Below, in pieces: positions 58,746 through 64,000 of a DNA stretch of 64,000 bases (positions are counted from its first letter, which is position 1; each line of letters starts with the position of its first letter). A model generated the notes under the pieces. The model was not told where the DNA came from. It saw nothing but the letters and a program-made list of their open reading frames with translations, and ran no database searches. Origin of the DNA: Raillietiella orientalis (lineage: Eukaryota). A program made the translations under genes and the position numbers. The stretch covers positions 1,054,001 to 1,118,000 of the forward strand of contig JAYWIR010000028.1 in assembly GCA_036172245.1 (NCBI GenBank). Reading direction: 5' to 3'.

Positions 58746-60913
58746 AGGACCGCTCCGCTCGCACAGTGATCCCTTACCCACCCTCCCATCCCCAAAACAT
58801 TTGTTCCCACCCCACTTTTGAACTTTTTGTTTGTTTTGTTTTTATTCCCACCCCCGCGCGTCGGATGGACCTCGACGGCCCAGCACCGGCAAGCAGCAAG
58901 CTGTTTTGGTGTGGCGAGCCTTGGGGTTCGCCACGCGATGATGTAATGTATTTTTATTTTTCAATAAATGCCCCGGCATATCCGGGTGTAAACGCTGAGA
59001 ATCGTTTTCTATTAAGCAAACGTTCATTGACAGTACTTTTATCACTTTATGTGAGAAGCGATTGAGACTAATTAGTAGTTTCACTGATTAAGACAGAAAC
59101 TTCCCTGACTTAGAATGAGTGATATAACTCGCTTTAGAGTGCCTAATAAAAAGTAAATTTATAATTTCCCACAGTGGAAAATTTCCTATTTTTTAGGAAT
59201 GACAGTTAGAATTCAATTTTGAATTCTGGAATTCGTAGTGAAATCCTATCTAAGCATTTGTGATAGCTGCTTTTCCATTCAAATGACATGGATCCTATAC
59301 ATTTTCTGACCCTTCTGAGTAACGCTTGATCAGAATCTAGATTTTTTCGATTTCCCCCTCTAAACATCAGAACTGACAGTCTACCACTCTTCTTTGTATA
59401 ATACAAACTTCTTAAGATTCATACCTAAAGTTGTGAAAATCTCTTTGAAACTTCAAAATGACAACTTTTTCTCTTTCGAGAATAACGAGGGAAAAAAGAA
59501 ATAGGAAATAGAGGCTGGAAACTTTTTTATTATTTTCTTTTGAGTCAAGTCAACGAGTACTCAGAGTACTGGATAATTGGCAGAAAGATAAGGAAATTTG
59601 CATTAGTGCAGAATTAAGGATGGGATGATTGGAGAAAAAAAATGCCCCAATGTTCGAAGAGATTTGTCAATGCAGCCATAGTGAACCCAAGATGCCGAAA
59701 TCAGATGTTTTATAGATGCACTGTCGAATACGTATACACAGAAAACTGCTTGCTTCACTACGAGAGAAACGAGGAACTCTGTGAAAGCTGTACACATACT
59801 CATCATGGTCTCGTAATTGGAGGGATAAATGGCTATCAAGGAAATGGGCATAACGATCAAGTGCAACACACGATTGTTGTTCTCGATTATTCGATCGCTC
59901 TGTTTGTTTCTCGGGATCACTCGTTGATCAATCAAGCAATTATTTTCTTTCGTCGTGTTTACTAATCCAAGTACGATTCCATCCTTGGCACTTCCAAAAG
60001 TATCGTTCAAAACATCAGTAAATCGAAATCATGTCATAACTTCGAGCTTTAATTTCATTGCCCTTTTTTTGCTTTTTTCAGAAAGAGCACAAAAAAGTAT
60101 CTCCATGCATTTTCTAATATATTAAGCGATCAGATGTAGATGTAAAAAATATTTTTTTTTACATCTAGGATTCAGAGATACCTATTCTACAAAGAGGACA
60201 GCCAGCCTGTCGCGTCCAGCCATGTAATGCTGCAGCGGCTGCTTTGGAGGCAAACTCGATTTTTAATATCCGAAAAAAAAACTTAAATTGAGCTCAAATT
60301 TTTCACATTTACAAATATTAAAAACAATTTTAGTACCTGATTCTTAATATCTTATTTCGCTTTTGGGTAAAATTAAATTCTCTCGTTCCACTTTGGTATC
60401 GGAAATTTCTGATCGCGAAGAACACGTCTGCACATAAAAGTAACCATAACAGAACGTTGACATTCAGATGAAAAGCCGGTTCATTTTTCGTTTTGTTCAC
60501 AATAGAATCCGGTCTTAGCAATCCATGTGTTCAATTGGATATACTGTACCGCCTGTATACTGTCGTGACCATTACATTGCAAGCACAAAACAGAAGGAAC
60601 ATGAACATGCATTATATAGTTACTTTAATTACCTTTGAATGAGGTTAATTTTTCCAACTAGGTTTGAATAAGCATCAATGTTTTTACGAAAGGCGTCTGC
60701 AATTATTGTTTCCTTACTCCAGCATCAATTGTGCCCGTAACGGAAAATTTCTGATACTCTTCTCTTTCCTTTACTTCAATACCCTCTGTGAAATCGTACA
60801 TAACGACCAACGAATTCTCTTGTGTCGACAATGACCTAAGGTCAAATTGATACAAGCATATATATCGTTAATTTTAATAAATTTTATTTACTTAATAACG
60901 AGTATTCAACAAG

Positions 60914-63519
60914 TTATAATTTATTTTTGCGTGGAGCAGTCATTTTTGTGAAAGCACTTTTCTTAACAAACTGCATGGATAAGTCAAATGATTTCATTTG
61001 CTGAGATCTACTTGCAGCGTTGTTACTAATAGCATGATGCTGAATGTTTTTGGAAGAATTTACAGTACTGCTAGTTTTGCCAGCTATTGGCTGCAAATTA
61101 ACCAATTTTTTTGTTGCGTTGAGCTGGGGGATGCATTCTACAGATGAGATCCCTTGAGATCCTGAACGAATTTGATTGTGATAAACACTAAAATGCTGAC
61201 TGTAATTTTGTGTTGGCAATAATCCTTTGTTTGGCAACTTGAAATTTCTCACAGCCACTTGTGATTTGGGAGTTGTAGTGACAGAAGCATAATTGCTGAA
61301 ACTCAGTGCGGGGTTTGACAAACTATCACGCAGATTTTTTACACATGGTGCTGGTACCAGTTCTTTATTAAGGGGAGTTGAGGTGAGAAAGTTTGCTTTT
61401 GTTCCATGATACAAAGAACCTGGTGTAACATCTGATATACTTGGTTGAACCAAGGAGTCACTAGCATTGTGCTCAACTATAGTATGCATATCACCATATT
61501 GCTCTACATTATCATAGAATGTTGAGTCCCTTTTTTGTCGAATGGGTTTAAATATTAAAAGGAGAAAGTGGAATGTTATCACATTATCAAGACTAGGAAA
61601 CTGTGACTCCATAGACAATGGACCACATTTTACATATGAAATACATTTGGGCTTCAAAGACTGAAAATTACAAATGAATCTACAACGACCTGCAGATGAA
61701 AACAAGGAATTCAATAGTGATGTGGTGAGCTGTAAGGATGAGCTAGAGTCATCCATGCTATTCTCAGATTTCAATTTCTTTGAAAGAGATACCTCCTCTA
61801 CGTCTCTAATGTCACTTCCACGTTTCTTAGCACTGTGGGGTTTCACTGATTGCACTGAATGATCTATACTTTCTGCATTAACTAAAGCCTTAGTTATTCT
61901 TAGTTCTTTGACAAAAGGTGATGGCTCTATTGTATCACCAACATCATCAATTTCAAAGGAAATGGGACTAAGCAGTTGTGGTAAGTGAAACATTTGCAAA
62001 GCTTTTTCTAATGTACCATCTGTTGCTTGTGATTCCTCTTGCATAGCTATTTTTAATGGAATATCAGAGTCTACTGTCTCTGATTCTTCCTGCAAAGCTT
62101 TTCCTAATGCATCATCGGAGTCTGATTCCTCATCCTGAGTCCCCATCTTTGATTCCTCATTCATAGATTTCTCATCATCAGTGAAAAGTGATGGATCTGG
62201 CCGAAAGCTGATACACATAGTAGGTTGCTCATCTTCTGAATCTGAGTCACTAGATAGCATAAATGATACTTGTGGATTTCCAAAGTCCCTATTGGTTTCT
62301 GTATCTGCTGTGGAATCAAAGGAAGCGGAGTTTAATGCTTGAATCTTAGCAATATGGTCAATACCAATTGTCAGAGAAGAACCAGATGGAGACTGAAAGT
62401 GTTCTGCATTGTACTGCTTCTCTACACAAACCAAAGAATCACAGGAAGTAGAACCCTTGTCTTGCCCTTCTTCCAAGTTCCTTTGAGCTGTTTGTTTCCG
62501 ATTTTTTACTTTTTCAGGGAATTCACAAGAAATTTCACTTGCCTGCTGAGTATCTACCATTTCTTTACAATTCAATGGGGCTCCAGGAGTTGCATGGTCT
62601 TCTGGTTCTAAATGTTCAATATCAAATGCAGGTGATGTTGCAGTTCTTGTGACATTTTTCTTTTCTTCTTCAATTGATCTTTGCAATAAATGCACATCAA
62701 TAGCATGTGGTATACTGACTTTTGGTTTGGCTTTCTGTTGTGTTACCTTACAACTGAAAACATCCTTGGTATCTTTATCTAATTCATCCTGAACATCCGA
62801 AATACATGGCATATCTTTGTGAGCCATTTCTATTTCTGGGATAGTTCTGTTACATAGTTCACTCGAAGCAAAATTCTCATCCATCTCAACAAGTGCATCA
62901 ACCACCTGAACATCTCCAGTAGTATTCATATCTTTTACATGTAGCAAGGTAAGCTTTTCTTCTCTCATTTCAACTGCCCTTTGGAGATGGTTTGATGTAG
63001 GTGAATCGTTGGTAACAAGAGCAAAATCTTTACTACTTTCTTCATCTTCGCATTCAGTTCTTGTAACTGTAACACACTCTTCAATTTGAGGCGCAATTAA
63101 TTTATTCTTGAGTCTCCCACTGGTTCTGGGCAGGTTTTGTACATCAGCTGCATCACTAGTGGATAACAAAATACGACTAGAACTACACTGGTTTTCTTTC
63201 ATTTTCAGACGTCTAAGTTGATCTTGTTGGCTCTTGCACTTTTTGCGAATTTGCTTCAGTTCTTCTACAATGATTGAGAAATGTAAATCAACTATTGTAT
63301 ACACAGAATACACTTGCCTTCTAACAGGATAATCTCACTTCGATGTACATCGCGTTGAATTTCAGTTTCTGGAGAACCTGTTTTTTCGAGCTGCAACTCC
63401 AACTTTTCAATTTTTTTCTCAAATTGCTCTTTAGTTCGTTCCCCTGCTAACAACTGATTGTCCAAATGTTCCACTTTGGCATCTAGCAGATGTTTTTCAG
63501 CATTCCATGTTTTCCTCAT
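60914..63519 (-). CDS. Uncharacterised large protein with an N-terminal coiled coil and a long acidic/Ser-rich disordered region, probably 5'-partial
   Basis: complement(join(60914-63264,63318-63519)). A 2.35-kb stop-free exon in AT-rich DNA is unlikely by chance. The upstream exon encodes heptad-like LLDAKVEHLDNQL...KIEKLELQLEK and is joined in phase by a 53-nt GC-AG intron. A minus-strand AATAAA lies at 60888-60883. Confidence 0.8.
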
Positions 63520-64000
63520 CTAGAAATGTTGGAACATTTAAGCAAGAAAAACTTCTCAAACATGCATGCAATCAAAAGTCACTGAAATTGTTTACAATAA
63601 AATTTAAAGTTCTGAGCATATACCAGATTATAAAAAACAATAACACAAACAAATCGTTGAACATTTATACTTTCTTGAAATACAGTAACGGACAGGTACT
63701 TATAGACAGAAAAACAAAAATGAATGCAGCATACAGAACAATTAGATTGCGGGGGCGATTATTTTTAAAGATAAAAATCGAAATTTTTGTTTGCAACTGT
63801 CCCGAATTTTGTGATTATACCCCGAAACATATCTCAGTTATCCCGAATGATCTTCCTCAGTTCTTTTACAAGATTGACTTTTTATCACTGTGTATTTAGC
63901 ATAAGTTCCTGTCGACATTTAGTCATAATGGAAGGCTGTATAACATGCATAAAAGTTCTCCCTAAATTTCTGAAAATCATACCTAAAAGCAGCACTTCTC

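Larger units (their letters stand above)
55692..58992 (+). mobile_element. 5'-truncated, degenerate L1/Tx1-type non-LTR retrotransposon with 12-bp TSD
   Basis: TSD CGCTGAGAATCG at 55680-55691 and 58993-59004; GC-rich island in AT-rich DNA; AATAAA plus a terminal CCCGG-CATAT-CCGGG stem-loop at the 3' end; APE endonuclease, RT and C-terminal zinc-finger motifs. Confidence 0.92.

Noticed and set aside
59603..60010. Overlapping 135-aa (-) and 107-aa (+) ORFs
   Set aside because: No recognisable family and no convincing splice linkage to neighbouring genes.
60632..60835. Candidate extra minus-strand exon (SLSTQENSLVVMYDF...)
   Set aside because: The upstream large exon ends in a stop with AATAAA, and no supported junction or homology links it.

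Overview
Eukaryotic (invertebrate, probably ecdysozoan) genomic DNA. Positions 1-46.3 kb hold the 3' ~80% of an intron-rich slit gene on the + strand. I could splice 26 exons by hand into one frame of about 1,187 aa: LRR domains D2-D4, six EGF repeats, laminin-G, a seventh EGF and the C-terminal cystine knot. D1 lies upstream of the window. Downstream, in much more AT-rich and CpG-poor DNA, lie three more elements: a three-exon ATP synthase subunit e gene (- strand, missed by the ORF track); a 3.3 kb degenerate L1/Tx1-type non-LTR retrotransposon with a 12-bp TSD and a nested inverted 3'-end copy; and the 3' part of a large coiled-coil/acidic protein gene (- strand) with a GC-AG intron. The most striking observation is that slit introns carry inverted copies of slit's own D4 LRR exons, interleaved as A'-B-A-B'. 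The pre-mRNA could therefore form two crossing long duplexes over in-frame-skippable 72-nt exons. Further inverted repeats and perfect hairpins occur across the window. Most of the supplied ORFs appear to be spurious frames in GC-rich introns. All coordinates and comparisons were made by eye.
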